Assembly: GCA_043754515.1 (NCBI GenBank)
Contig: JAYUUO010000086.1
Location: 1 to 46,637, forward strand
Source of the DNA: Armatimonadota bacterium
GTDB lineage: Bacteria; Armatimonadota; Armatimonadia; Armatimonadales; Armatimonadaceae
DNA: 46,637 nucleotides
Reading direction: 5' to 3'
Shown one piece after another: positions 46,361-46,637 of this stretch (positions within the stretch are counted from its first letter, which is position 1; every line of letters starts with the position of its first letter). The position numbers were made by a program, and so were the translations under genes. The notes beneath the pieces are model-generated. The model did not search any database. It was given only the letters and a program-made list of their open reading frames with translations, and was not told the DNA's origin.

Positions 46361-46393
46361 CCCGGCCTCACTCTCATCAGAGCGGGGCCGGGG
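46361..46393. other. Long hairpin downstream of ilvC
   Basis: CCGGCCTCACTCT-catc-AGAGCGGGGCCGG imperfect inverted repeat with no U-tract. Confidence 0.45.
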
Positions 46394-46407
46394 TCAGGCA
46401 CCCAACA

Positions 46408-46637
46408 CTACAACTCGATCTGCCGCTGGCCGCTCGATACGGTCTGCACGGCACTTTTTTCTTCCGTCGCGCTCGTGGTCGCGGTGACAACATCCGACTT
46501 CTTGACCCAGGACATCATGCCGCGCAGTTCGCGACCGACTACCTCGATCTGATGGTTCTGATCCTTGCGGGTGAGCGCGTTGAACGTCGGGCGGTTCGCC
46601 TTGTTCTCCAGAATCCACTCTTTGGCGAACTCGCCGC
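46408..46637 (-). CDS. ilvC: Ketol-acid reductoisomerase, C-terminal part (5'-truncated by window)
   Basis: Manual translation gives [43 protein letters not shown], the IlvC C-terminus; lies upstream of leuA. Confidence 0.9.
   Translation of the reverse strand, partial: GEFAKEWILENKANRPTFNALTRKDQNHQIEVVGRELRGMMSWVKKSDVVTATTSATEEKSAVQTVSSGQRQIEL

Overview
GC-rich bacterial chromosomal segment. An Armatimonadota-like diderm origin is an inference from gene style. I found no rRNA, tRNA, CRISPR array or mobile element. From left to right it contains: two tandem paralogous large secreted proteins (the first is truncated by the window edge and missing from the ORF track); an ECF sigma / zinc-finger anti-sigma / TonB cluster; a lipoprotein and a STAS protein; a uvsE-VKOR-DsbA-histidine phosphatase run; a duplicated exosortase locus (2 TPR proteins, then [exosortase, EpsI, lipoprotein] x2, then a CAAX protease) whose second exosortase has lost the catalytic Cys and Arg; a GT-C glycosyltransferase; a TetR-ECF pair; galK, dciA (DUF721) and comEC; an HTH-coiled-coil-J-like protein; tatB-tatA-secG; an unannotated 44-aa membrane peptide with a sequestered RBS and a coupled leader ORF, lying downstream of a non-cleavable LexA-like gene; an ABC permease and a VOC protein; a pilMNOP-STN-secretin operon; aroC, leuA and the end of ilvC. 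The best candidates for a new system are the paired active/pseudo-exosortase module and the pseudo-LexA / small-peptide locus.
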